Virus record (IMG/VR): IMGVR_UViG_3300021560_000017
DNA: 20,000 bases
Origin: an uncultured virus (IMG/VR IMGVR_UViG_3300021560_000017)
Lineage: Duplodnaviria; Heunggongvirae; Uroviricota; Caudoviricetes
Reading direction: 5' to 3' (one strand)
Both the position numbers and the translations under genes were made by a program. Of the stretch, positions 9,501-17,037 are shown piece after piece (within the stretch, counting starts at the first letter, position 1; each line of letters begins with the position of its first letter). The notes beneath the pieces are model-generated. The model saw only the letters and a list, made by a program, of their open reading frames with translations, searched no databases and was not told the origin of the DNA.

Positions 9501-12500
9501 GCCGCGCTGGAAAAGTACTCGAAATCATTTGTGCCTACTCGGATCGAATATTCACCCAATCAACAAGCATTCATAGTCCGTGGGCTGGGCACTGACAAGC
9601 TATTGCAGAACGCATCGAAGGTCATCGACTGGGTGAAGACTCACAAGCCTGAAGGCGAAAGCGGCCCGATGGGAACGTTCCAGAGCGTAAATGATCCTCT
9701 ATTCCTCACTTACGTGCAGTGGATGAATGAGAATTACAGGAACGGCTACCGCGCCAACGGCAACCCGATCAAGGGCACGGCCGAGTACCCCGTGGACGTC
9801 AACACCAAATACAATCCGCATGTGATCCCAAAGGATTACGCCGATCAGCTCAACGTGATGATGGGCAACGTCGGGGCCAGAGCGACTGGAGAGCGGCCGA
9901 CGAAAGCGCAACTCGCAAAACAGGAACTGAGCAAGGCGAATGTGCCTTATTACCGTGGGCCGAGCGGCGAGCCTAACAAGTTAAGGGATCAGATGCCAGA
10001 GGAGTTCTGGAAGGGATTGCACCCAGCCGCGACAGAATCAGTGCGACCAGAACTGGCCGACAATGTGCGCGAGGAAAGTGCGCGGGAGGAAGAGGTGCGT
10101 CACAAGAGCGGGTTCACTGGCGACCGCAGGGCGTTTGCGACGCAAGGGGTAGCACCGCCTGAATTCACGGCTGCCAACCTGATGCCGCCGACGGGTTATT
10201 ACACCAAGACAGGCGAAGTGCTCGACCAAAAGATGCAGAAGTCGGCCGACACCGAACAGATCAAGGCGCTTTTGCGGAACAATGGTGTCAGCCCGCACGA
10301 GATGCGGTGGCTTGGATTCGATGATCTGCCCAAGGGCAAGATGACCAAGGATGAGATCCAGCAGTGGGTTGCCGCTCATACCCCAGAAGTTGCCATGACA
10401 CGGCTGGGTGGCGCGGAAAACATAGGCAAGCCACTTCAGGACTGGATGGCGGCAAATCGCTGGGGAAGACCAGCTGATCATTACGGCTGGCAAAGCCTTT
10501 CAGACCATCTGGAGCAACTCGCGAAGATTGCGCAGGAGCGTCCAGCTGAAGGTGGGGTTGGGCCTCACGGTGATTACGACAGTCTCATGGCGCTCGCGAT
10601 GGAAGCGGATCGCATCGGGAATGAGGAGACCCAGCGCGGCCGCACGATCTACCATATGTACACGAAGCCGCTGGATAAAGGCGGCACGAATTACAGGGAG
10701 TTACTCTACAACCTGCCCACGAAACCGCCGCCAGTTGATCAGGAACGGATCAATCAGCTCACCCAGAACAGGGATGCTGCACAGAAACTTGTCGAGGATG
10801 AGCGACCGAATAACTGGAATCTGTACACTCAGATGCGTCAGGCGCAATACGCGATGCGCGAGCTGAAACTGCGAGCGTCGGAGTACGGCCCGTTATTCGA
10901 GCAGGAAGATTTTCGCAAATCTGAAGAGGCGCAGAAAAAATACGACGATCTGAACCAAGCCTATCTGGATTCATCCGCGAAAATTGAACGGGGTGCCGAA
11001 GAGGTGAGATCCATGCAGGCGGAACTGAACAAGCTGGAGGAGCAAGCAAAGCCGCCAATCCTTTACACCTCGCCGCATTTCGAGCAGCACGGCAAAAATC
11101 TTTTCGCTCACATGCGCGTGGATGATCGCACCACGGCAAGCGGCCATAAGATGTTATTCTCGCAGGAATACCAGAGCGACTGGGGTCAGGAGGTAATCAA
11201 AAAGGGACTGGAGAAGCTGGCCGATCTGGCGTGGGAACAGACAGATCCCGACACATGGCAGACCAGCGAGTTCAGGCCCGAAGGTTTTCCGTATGGCACC
11301 CACACCTTCAAGACCCTTGAAGAAGCGCAGGCCAAAGCCCGCGAAGTTGCCGCTGAAGGCGTTAAGGATTTTCCCTTTACGGGAGAACGGTGGAAGAAAT
11401 ACCTGCTGCGTGAACAGATCAAACAAGCCATCGCGCAGGGTAAGGACTCCATCGGGTGGACAACTGGCGAACAACAGAGAAAGCGCTATCAAGAGGCGCT
11501 TTTCCGTGCAGTGCGCAGCATCGACTGGCAGCCGTCATCAACCCGTCCAGAGAGCACCTATGGCGAAGTTCTGAAGATCCACAGAATGACAAATGGCGAC
11601 TACAAGCTGTATCCGCACGGCGTCGATAAAGAGATAACAAAGCCAGAGGGCGGAAGGGACATCGTGGTGCACCCCGAAGAGTACCCGCGCATCAGAATGT
11701 TCGTCAATCCAGATGGCATCATCACGGAGGCGTCCGAGGACAGGTTCAAGAACAAGAAGGTCGTTGACGTTTTCGGAAAGGACATCGCCAACCAGATAAT
11801 GAGCGAGGAGCGCGGGGAGGTGCAGCCGAAGGATTTCCATATCGGCGGCGAGGGCAAGGAGAACCTGTATGACCTCCAGTTCGTCAAGCTGGCTAACGAC
11901 ATCGGCAAGAAATTCGGCGCGAAAGTTCAGGATGCGCAGATCCAGACCACTCCCGCGACGCAGATGATCCAGATGAAATCCAAGCTGAGTCCTACTGCCG
12001 AGTGGGAGGATTATGGCCAAGTCGCTCACGGGAGCACCGAGGAATACACCAAAGGCATGATGGCTCGATACGCCGCCGACTATCCGAACAGGGACTGGCG
12101 CATCGTAGAGTCAGCGCCAGCGAAAACTGAGACCGTGCACGAGCTGCCGATCACCCCTGACATGGTCAAGAGCGTGCAGGAAAAAGGGTTTCCGCTTTTC
12201 ATGCCGCACACAGCGGATGAATCCCCGCTGCCAGAGAAGAAGGGTTTCTACACCAAATCGAGCAAGATCATCACCGCGAAAATGCCGCAGCAGGCGACGC
12301 GCGAACAGCTGGTGTCGCTGTTAAAAAACAACGGTGTCGGCAAGAACGAGCTGTTCTGGCTGGGCTTCACAGACGAGAAAGGCAACCCATCGCCAGATCT
12401 TCCTGAACGAATGACCAAGGACGGCGCGCAGGAGTGGATCACCGCAAACGTGCCTGACATCACCATGACGCAGCTGGGTGGGGCAGGCTATCAGCCCAGT

Positions 12501-15500
12501 GATGCGGTAAATGCATACATGCAAAGGCAGGGTCTGACCGTGCCAACGACGCCATCAGGCTGGCGCGGTTACGCCGATGCGTGGCAAACTATGTCCCAGA
12601 ACTACGCGCAGAACGATCCAGCGACTGCCAAATACTACGCCGATTTGTCTAAGGATGCCGACGAGCTGGCTAAGCAGCCAGCAAAGCCGCGCGTGATGTA
12701 TTCGGGCTATGCGGAGCCCGGGGCCAAGAACTACAAGGAGTTCACGTTCCAGCTGGGCGCAAAACCCGACATGGCAGTTGAGACGAAAAGAAGGAGTCTC
12801 GGCGATGCGCTGAACACCGCCACCATCAGTCTCGCTGAACTGAGACGCCAGTTCTACGAATCATCCAAAGCGATAAAGGACTTCGATAAAAGCGGGCGGC
12901 CGCTGAAGGATCTTCCTGAGATGCGTCAGGAGAACAGGGAACTGGAAGGCAAGGTAGAGCGGGCCGCGAACATGGCTCAGGAACTGGGCATGATGTTGCA
13001 CCAGTTTAACGTAGCGAACCCGCCAAAGGATGCTGGGGCCAAACTCTATAGGTCGTCGCACTTTGAACAATACGGGCAGAATATGTTTGCCCACATGCGG
13101 ACAACCGACCGCAACACGCTGAGTGGCAATAACACCCTCTTCTCCGAGGAATACCAGAGCGACTGGGGCAAGGAAGCATTGCCGCGACCAGTGGGCAGGG
13201 GTGTCCAGACGAAGGTCGATCCAATGTCGCTCGAAGTTAAAGATCATCCAGAGTTCTGGACGTTCACTGATCCGAGGAACAAGGGCGTCACGACATACCC
13301 CGACGAGTTCGAGGTCTGGAAGACTCATAACTACTACAACCCATATACCAGCGACATCAATGAAGCGCGGCAGATGGCAGCGAACTATTTCAGCCAGCAA
13401 GGTGTTAAGGATTTCCCGTTCAAGTCTGAGGCATGGAAGAAATATCTGCTTCGCCAGCAGCTCAGGATGGCCGTCGATCAGGGCAAGGATTCGATCAGCT
13501 GGACGAGTGGCTACCAGCAGGCGCGGCGCAACTTCAAACTGAATGAGGTTAACAAGATCACGGTGAATCCAATTGGCCCAGACGACAAAGGAGTGATGAA
13601 GTATAACGTCGAAGCCAACAGGCCGGGCGATTACTACTCTTTCCATGCAGGCAAAGGCGTGAATCTCAAGTGGATTCAGAAATACATGCCTGAAAAAGTG
13701 AGCGCCGAGATCACCAAAGCTCCAGAGAGCAGGGAGCCCACAAATTTCAATTTCGATAAGCCTGTGGAGATCGGCGGCGAAGGCAAGAAAAGCATGTACG
13801 ACGAGCAGATTGTGCAGGCCGCGAACGACATAGGCAAACCATTCGGCGTGAAGGTGACGCCTGCGCAGATCCAGTTCAAGGAGGGCACTGGACGATACAC
13901 GCTCAAGGAAGAGCGATATGGCACCGATCCCGCTGGCACTCCTTTCTACGTAGTTAACGACGTCAATGGCAATCCAGTCTGGACTGCGCATTCGCGCGAG
14001 CACGCGCAAAGATGGATCGATGAGCATACCAAAGCGCCAGTGATTGAGCCTGTGCACGAGATGGTGATCTCGCCTGACATGCGCAAGAGCATTCAGGAGC
14101 ATGGCCAGTCGCTCTGGATGCCACACACTGAAGGCGAGAACGACAATCTGGTGAGCACGCTCGACGGCAAACCGATCAGGCTTTACCACGGCGCTGGGCA
14201 AGCCAACCTGCCGATATCCGAGATGCGGCCGCCGATTTATTTCAGCCCTGATAAGGAGATGGCGCGAGGTTACTCGGAACAGAGCGGCGTGTTTCAGGAG
14301 CCGCTGGCGGCCCACCTCAATCTGCAGAATCCACTGCAGATCCAGATCACCCCGCAGGAGTTCGAAAGCCGCTCATACGAGCTGGGCTCAGTGGGCAGCA
14401 GCTACATTGGCCCAGAGAGAATGGCGGCGCTGCAAAGGCAGGGCTACGACGGAGTGGTATCGCGCTTTCCCGACGGCAGCATATTCGAGGCGCTGGCATT
14501 CGATCCCAAACAGATCAGGCAGGATCTGGGAAGATGGTCTGAAGCGGAGGTTTCGGCCGTGCTCGAACAGCAATTCCGTCAGCACGCCGACATCAACAAA
14601 GGGCCATACGATCAAGAAAGGCACAAGGCGGACTACGACATGCTGGTCGAGCAATCTGGCTGGACGCCTAACGAGATCTCAGAGCTTTCCAACAAGGAGT
14701 TTGATGAGGCGATGGCAAAACTCCATCCAGAACTCTATCCAGAAGGCCCACGGCCTCGCGAAGATCTCATGCCAGCGACTGGCGCGGGAGAATTGAAATG
14801 GAGGGAACGCCACTTCGATGCCACGCCTGACCAGCTCGAACAATTCCTGATCTTCAGCAGGATGGTGGCCAACAAGCGCTCGTCCGAGCGCGCGCCGAAA
14901 GTCGAGGGACTCGTTAGGGATCTGCTCGAACAATACGGCGGCACATCTCCGTTCGAAGCACTGACAAAAGCCGCTGAAGCAGGCAAGGGCGACATCGAGC
15001 AGCTGGTCTACAAGTACGGGCTCGCTCCCTACAAGGACACCATTCCCTTCCTGTACGATCTTGCGCAAAATCCACCAGATCTGAAGAACGCGTCATCCGA
15101 AGATCTCCAGAATCTTTTCGGGATCGGTCACGCGACGGCGAACTTCTTCAAGATGCACACCGATCCGACGCAGTCAGACAAAGTGAAGCTGGACACGCAC
15201 GTCCTGCGCTGGCTGCGCAACTACGGTGGTTACCCAGATGCTCCTGTAGCCACTCCGCCCAAGGGGCCGATCTATGACAAATACGCGGATGCAGTTCGCG
15301 AGATCGCGGCAGAGCATGGCACCACTCCCAGCAATCTCGATCTGGCGATCTGGTTACGCGACAGCGGCAACCTGCCAAAGGAGGATTACGCGGCACTGGC
15401 TCAGACTGGTTACCGATTGGGTGAGAAAGGCCCGCAGCTCATGCCAGCGACAGATCCGTGGGAGGAGATCGCGCGCTACCTCACGCCAGAGCAGCTTGAC

Positions 15501-16598
15501 CGCGTAGCGCCGCGCTTCAGGGACAGGATCATTGCGCCATATCTGGAACTGGATTCCGATCTGGGAAGGAGCCTGCTTTACGCGTCGCGCGGCGCAGTCG
15601 GCCGCAAATGGTATGACGGTTTCGTCAATTCGATTCAGGAGATTTTCCATTCCGATCATCCTGAATTCGCGGGTGATCCAGAGCGATTCGCAGCGGTGAT
15701 GGCATCGTTGTCGGCCAATCGATCCGTTCCCGAAGACGTCGAGCACTCGCTCATGGCATGGGCACTCTGGGAAGCTCAGAACAGACCGAAGGACAGGGCG
15801 TCGATAGACGACATCATTCACGCCACGGTGCCTACCGACTCGGAAGATCCGAAGGCATCACTGCCAGCTTGGCTCAACAACGCTTTCCGCGCCTTCACTT
15901 CCGAAGATCCAGCCGCGATCAGACTGTCTGGGCCCAAGGTGCATGCCTTCTACCAGAATCTGATTGGCGACGTGCACGCCGTTACCGTTGACAGGCACAT
16001 GGGGATCTTCGGATACGGGAACCCGCAGGTTGGCGCGCGCAGGGTGCAGATGGGTGAGCAGCAAATCGGCATCGAATCGTTCAAGAACCTCGCGATTCAG
16101 GCGCACATCAGGAAGGTGGCCGACGTAATGAGCGAGATCTCTGGTGAAACGTGGACGCCTGCTGAAGCGCAGGCGGCGATCTGGACGTACCAGATTCCAG
16201 TGCAGGATCTGGCCGACAAACTCGGCATAACAACTGAAGAATTTCTGATGGGCGGTGGCGAAGTGCCACAGGAGTTGATGGAGACGACACCCACTGCTAA
16301 ACTGTTCCAGAGTGAACAATCGCAGGCAACGATCAGGCGTCTACAGAGACTCCGTGAACGCAATATTGGATCTTCGCGGGCAGCGGGAGCAGAAGGCGCT
16401 GGCGGCGAAGGTGGATCGTTTCCAGAAGAAGCTGGCTTCAATGAGCCCAGAGGATCTGGCGCGGGTGAGGAGCCGTTTCGGGCAGGGGGCGTTGTCGGGC
16501 TTGCCAAAAAAGGCTTGATCCACAACGGCTATCCATCTAATCAGCATTTAGGCAGGCAATCGCCTGCTGAAATTCAACCATTGAAAGGAATAAAGTAG
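6567..16598 (+). CDS. Giant (3343 aa) polyvalent internal virion protein: zincin metallopeptidase + two tandem ~650-aa domains + ADP-ribosyltransferase-like + two HhH DNA-glycosylase-like domains
   Basis: A single uninterrupted 10-kb ORF and the last gene of the ejection block. Domain motifs are listed in the sub-features. Confidence 0.9.
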   Translation: MPEPDLSTLSRVPTAGATPPVAPPPTPPPDQTAQIPEDDLSNLTREPDVSGLTRAPKSEEQLRDDASHFLGLVQEGRLNLGDNLPQAGQNFNETWNQVKHYWGTPTSYESMLDAERQLVGPKEGRHRDWLDRQWEDVISQLPQIAGQKMHDLYDWTINQEYEKAKAGGWTPYLEQKYQEAKQALTAPAAQPGERFQPGAPLVTGAAKFIGGTAANAMAAFNNMVETPPGMWGRPDSPEEWKKYEENQAENNATADWFNDRIGRASYAAAKSTGQDPDSLWYKTWEQIPAFTVPVPIEFAKSERVAAAVSRMAQKGIPVAKVAAAYSPELIASGSLVHTAATALGVPTSLLGWGERLAGGTTVFKTSTSMTDTLIKKLTGLDRPTLAKNMLYMLQAPGGVRSGEWMLEQTSKEIDGLKAEAQHMMSKLDDNDLADIAMKGPDGNPLYSANDLKGDAKAVKLKLEKIDDLTDKLDEINNQLNYHNHRNEVASFMGNMIGNTTTAALVGGAFGAVNAPTGQAGQGFFEGAVNTAAIGAAFSPFASVAGMHDLRLKYGKRMLIQMGSRGFDMSSLAGVHPYWADQVLMANGYAHSMDGRIRVIDPATQPNVIPTSPMMTPEGVRQMPANGFISTDGKTLYLNKNALGQGTAYHELSHLLQRYTGQMLRMHAPDIMLPFEEAYAEASGDPKFSIHEDPETVQKEMDAEIGRIVMQHTPIETFFGGEHLGDVMSRKLKSGDMFGKIGRAVVNYLNPDKIKYDEKLNAPYTREQVDQMRQALFEMGKRAQARQYLGPPIEYPEGRGPWPPEREEPTPAGPPVTGGKPEVPSPEVPEAPQHPDYQAEYDKGAAAEQARQANPNTKKAQAAIDRAGIEAAAKAHRAVVGDDSDLVSWYEPTKTIAGMRGDFENDPFHQMLVQHAQENPDFQSNPKAIENLNNLEAALQGGRAVTVDYSHAPGRIGGTRQEREAARRAAEAPARVAGEAALEKYSKSFVPTRIEYSPNQQAFIVRGLGTDKLLQNASKVIDWVKTHKPEGESGPMGTFQSVNDPLFLTYVQWMNENYRNGYRANGNPIKGTAEYPVDVNTKYNPHVIPKDYADQLNVMMGNVGARATGERPTKAQLAKQELSKANVPYYRGPSGEPNKLRDQMPEEFWKGLHPAATESVRPELADNVREESAREEEVRHKSGFTGDRRAFATQGVAPPEFTAANLMPPTGYYTKTGEVLDQKMQKSADTEQIKALLRNNGVSPHEMRWLGFDDLPKGKMTKDEIQQWVAAHTPEVAMTRLGGAENIGKPLQDWMAANRWGRPADHYGWQSLSDHLEQLAKIAQERPAEGGVGPHGDYDSLMALAMEADRIGNEETQRGRTIYHMYTKPLDKGGTNYRELLYNLPTKPPPVDQERINQLTQNRDAAQKLVEDERPNNWNLYTQMRQAQYAMRELKLRASEYGPLFEQEDFRKSEEAQKKYDDLNQAYLDSSAKIERGAEEVRSMQAELNKLEEQAKPPILYTSPHFEQHGKNLFAHMRVDDRTTASGHKMLFSQEYQSDWGQEVIKKGLEKLADLAWEQTDPDTWQTSEFRPEGFPYGTHTFKTLEEAQAKAREVAAEGVKDFPFTGERWKKYLLREQIKQAIAQGKDSIGWTTGEQQRKRYQEALFRAVRSIDWQPSSTRPESTYGEVLKIHRMTNGDYKLYPHGVDKEITKPEGGRDIVVHPEEYPRIRMFVNPDGIITEASEDRFKNKKVVDVFGKDIANQIMSEERGEVQPKDFHIGGEGKENLYDLQFVKLANDIGKKFGAKVQDAQIQTTPATQMIQMKSKLSPTAEWEDYGQVAHGSTEEYTKGMMARYAADYPNRDWRIVESAPAKTETVHELPITPDMVKSVQEKGFPLFMPHTADESPLPEKKGFYTKSSKIITAKMPQQATREQLVSLLKNNGVGKNELFWLGFTDEKGNPSPDLPERMTKDGAQEWITANVPDITMTQLGGAGYQPSDAVNAYMQRQGLTVPTTPSGWRGYADAWQTMSQNYAQNDPATAKYYADLSKDADELAKQPAKPRVMYSGYAEPGAKNYKEFTFQLGAKPDMAVETKRRSLGDALNTATISLAELRRQFYESSKAIKDFDKSGRPLKDLPEMRQENRELEGKVERAANMAQELGMMLHQFNVANPPKDAGAKLYRSSHFEQYGQNMFAHMRTTDRNTLSGNNTLFSEEYQSDWGKEALPRPVGRGVQTKVDPMSLEVKDHPEFWTFTDPRNKGVTTYPDEFEVWKTHNYYNPYTSDINEARQMAANYFSQQGVKDFPFKSEAWKKYLLRQQLRMAVDQGKDSISWTSGYQQARRNFKLNEVNKITVNPIGPDDKGVMKYNVEANRPGDYYSFHAGKGVNLKWIQKYMPEKVSAEITKAPESREPTNFNFDKPVEIGGEGKKSMYDEQIVQAANDIGKPFGVKVTPAQIQFKEGTGRYTLKEERYGTDPAGTPFYVVNDVNGNPVWTAHSREHAQRWIDEHTKAPVIEPVHEMVISPDMRKSIQEHGQSLWMPHTEGENDNLVSTLDGKPIRLYHGAGQANLPISEMRPPIYFSPDKEMARGYSEQSGVFQEPLAAHLNLQNPLQIQITPQEFESRSYELGSVGSSYIGPERMAALQRQGYDGVVSRFPDGSIFEALAFDPKQIRQDLGRWSEAEVSAVLEQQFRQHADINKGPYDQERHKADYDMLVEQSGWTPNEISELSNKEFDEAMAKLHPELYPEGPRPREDLMPATGAGELKWRERHFDATPDQLEQFLIFSRMVANKRSSERAPKVEGLVRDLLEQYGGTSPFEALTKAAEAGKGDIEQLVYKYGLAPYKDTIPFLYDLAQNPPDLKNASSEDLQNLFGIGHATANFFKMHTDPTQSDKVKLDTHVLRWLRNYGGYPDAPVATPPKGPIYDKYADAVREIAAEHGTTPSNLDLAIWLRDSGNLPKEDYAALAQTGYRLGEKGPQLMPATDPWEEIARYLTPEQLDRVAPRFRDRIIAPYLELDSDLGRSLLYASRGAVGRKWYDGFVNSIQEIFHSDHPEFAGDPERFAAVMASLSANRSVPEDVEHSLMAWALWEAQNRPKDRASIDDIIHATVPTDSEDPKASLPAWLNNAFRAFTSEDPAAIRLSGPKVHAFYQNLIGDVHAVTVDRHMGIFGYGNPQVGARRVQMGEQQIGIESFKNLAIQAHIRKVADVMSEISGETWTPAEAQAAIWTYQIPVQDLADKLGITTEEFLMGGGEVPQELMETTPTAKLFQSEQSQATIRRLQRLRERNIGSSRAAGAEGAGGEGGSFPEEAGFNEPRGSGAGEEPFRAGGVVGLAKKGLIHNGYPSNQHLGRQSPAEIQPLKGIK
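6579..6734 (+). repeat. Three 9-aa repeats D[LV]SxL[ST]RxP at the N-terminus of the giant protein
   Basis: DLSTLSRVP (6579-6605), DLSNLTREP (6681-6707) and DVSGLTRAP (6708-6734). Confidence 0.8.
8340..8720 (+). other. Zincin-like metallopeptidase (MPTase-type) domain in the giant protein
   Basis: NGFISTDGKTLYLN strand pair, then YHELSH (HExxH, H649 at 8511-8525), then a downstream EMDAE helix (8661) supplying a likely third Zn ligand. This is the usual layout of polyvalent-protein metallopeptidases. Confidence 0.75.
10182..12200 (+). repeat. Intragenic domain copy 1 (673 aa; 'AHMR..DR / EYQSDW / IGGEG..YD' domain)
   Basis: Conserved blocks shared in the same order with copy 2: GYYTK, LRNNGV..E..WLGF, MTRLGGA, NYRE, HFEQHGKNLFAHMR, LFSQEYQSDWG, GVKDFPF..WKKYLLR, QGKDSIGWTTG, IGGEGK..YD, ANDIGK.FG, VHE..I.PDM. 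Confidence 0.9.
12201..14117 (+). repeat. Intragenic domain copy 2 (639 aa)
   Basis: Same ordered blocks as copy 1. It includes a 22-nt identical DNA stretch AGGAATACCAGAGCGACTGGGG at 11164-11185 and 13147-13168. Confidence 0.9.
14118..14768 (+). other. ADP-ribosyltransferase-like (ART-PolyVal-type) module of the giant protein
   Basis: DGKPIRLYHG (YHG 14184-14192), IYFSPDKEMARGY, LNLQNPL, LQRQGYDGVV and IFEALAFDPKQIR (E at 14487). This is the characteristic motif series of ART domains in phage polyvalent proteins. Confidence 0.8.
14769..15440 (+). other. HhH-GPD DNA glycosylase-like module 1
   Basis: The HhH motif EDLQNLFGIGHATANFF (cf. endonuclease III LPGVGRKTA) is followed by LDTHVLRWL (cf. 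VDTHI), and later by the helix PSNLDLAIW. Confidence 0.75.
15441..16300 (+). other. Divergent HhH-glycosylase-like module 2
   Basis: RKWYD, FAAVMASLS, LSGPKVHAFYQNL, AVTVDRHM and TPAEAQAAIW. The Lys (15936) and Asp (15990) are 18 codons apart, matching the K120-D138 spacing of endonuclease III. Confidence 0.6.
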
Positions 16599-16600
16599 TT

Positions 16601-16816
16601 ATGCTGTTTGAAGTAGCCATACTGGAGAATCCAACCAAAAAAGAAGCAGAGGAGGGCAAGCAACAGAGGCTCGTATTTGGGCCGAAAGCCGTCGTCGCTG
16701 CTGACGGCCAGAGCGCCGCCATCGCGGCCGTGCTGGACGGGAACGACGGCGACAAAAAGATCGAGTGTGATCGCTCGCGTATGCAAGTTCTTGTCCGCCC
16801 TTTTGCGTCGAGCTGA
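16601..16816 (+). CDS. Small hypothetical phage protein
   Basis: 71 aa starting 2 nt after the giant gene stop, with AAAGGA upstream. It has a compact alpha/beta pattern (MLFEVAIL...VLVRPF). Confidence 0.75.
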   Translation: MLFEVAILENPTKKEAEEGKQQRLVFGPKAVVAADGQSAAIAAVLDGNDGDKKIECDRSRMQVLVRPFASS

Positions 16817-17028
16817 TGTCCAATGCAGAGCCAGCCTCAAAGAAGCCGTGGGAGACTGGGCCAGCCAGCGCGTTTCAACCGCGCCCAGATCCAATGGCTC
16901 ATTTGAGGGGCATCAGCCAAGAACATGACTGGCCAGTAACGAGTAACCAGTTCCAAGGGATGTACACGCTGGGGAACGCACCCCAAGGCTCACAGGTTTA
17001 TTCAGCACAAAACCTCGGTCTAACATAG
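16816..17028 (+). CDS. Hypothetical protein (likely disordered)
   Basis: 70 aa with a TGATG overlap with the upstream gene. It fills the gap to the next RBS exactly. Confidence 0.55.
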   Translation: MSNAEPASKKPWETGPASAFQPRPDPMAHLRGISQEHDWPVTSNQFQGMYTLGNAPQGSQVYSAQNLGLT

Positions 17029-17031
17029 GAG
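17027..17031 (+). promoter_or_regulatory. Shine-Dalgarno site for 17038..17190
   Basis: AGGAG followed by AAACAA and ATG. Confidence 0.7.
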
Positions 17032-17037
17032 AAACAA

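Noticed and set aside
11164..13168. 22-nt direct repeat as a CRISPR, att site or DGR template/variable repeat
   Set aside because: There are only two copies, both in frame and encoding the conserved EYQSDWG block of a duplicated domain. There is no adenine-specific mismatch pattern and no reverse transcriptase or integrase in the window.
12861..14315. 484-aa ORF on the minus strand
   Set aside because: It lies wholly antisense to the motif-rich giant gene and has no recognisable motifs. It is a typical shadow ORF of GC-rich coding DNA, as are the other minus-strand ORFs in the track.
16501..16545. Possible sigma70 promoter (TTGATC..TCTAAT) near the end of the giant gene
   Set aside because: The hexamer matches are weak, the spacer is 15 nt, and the site is within coding sequence.
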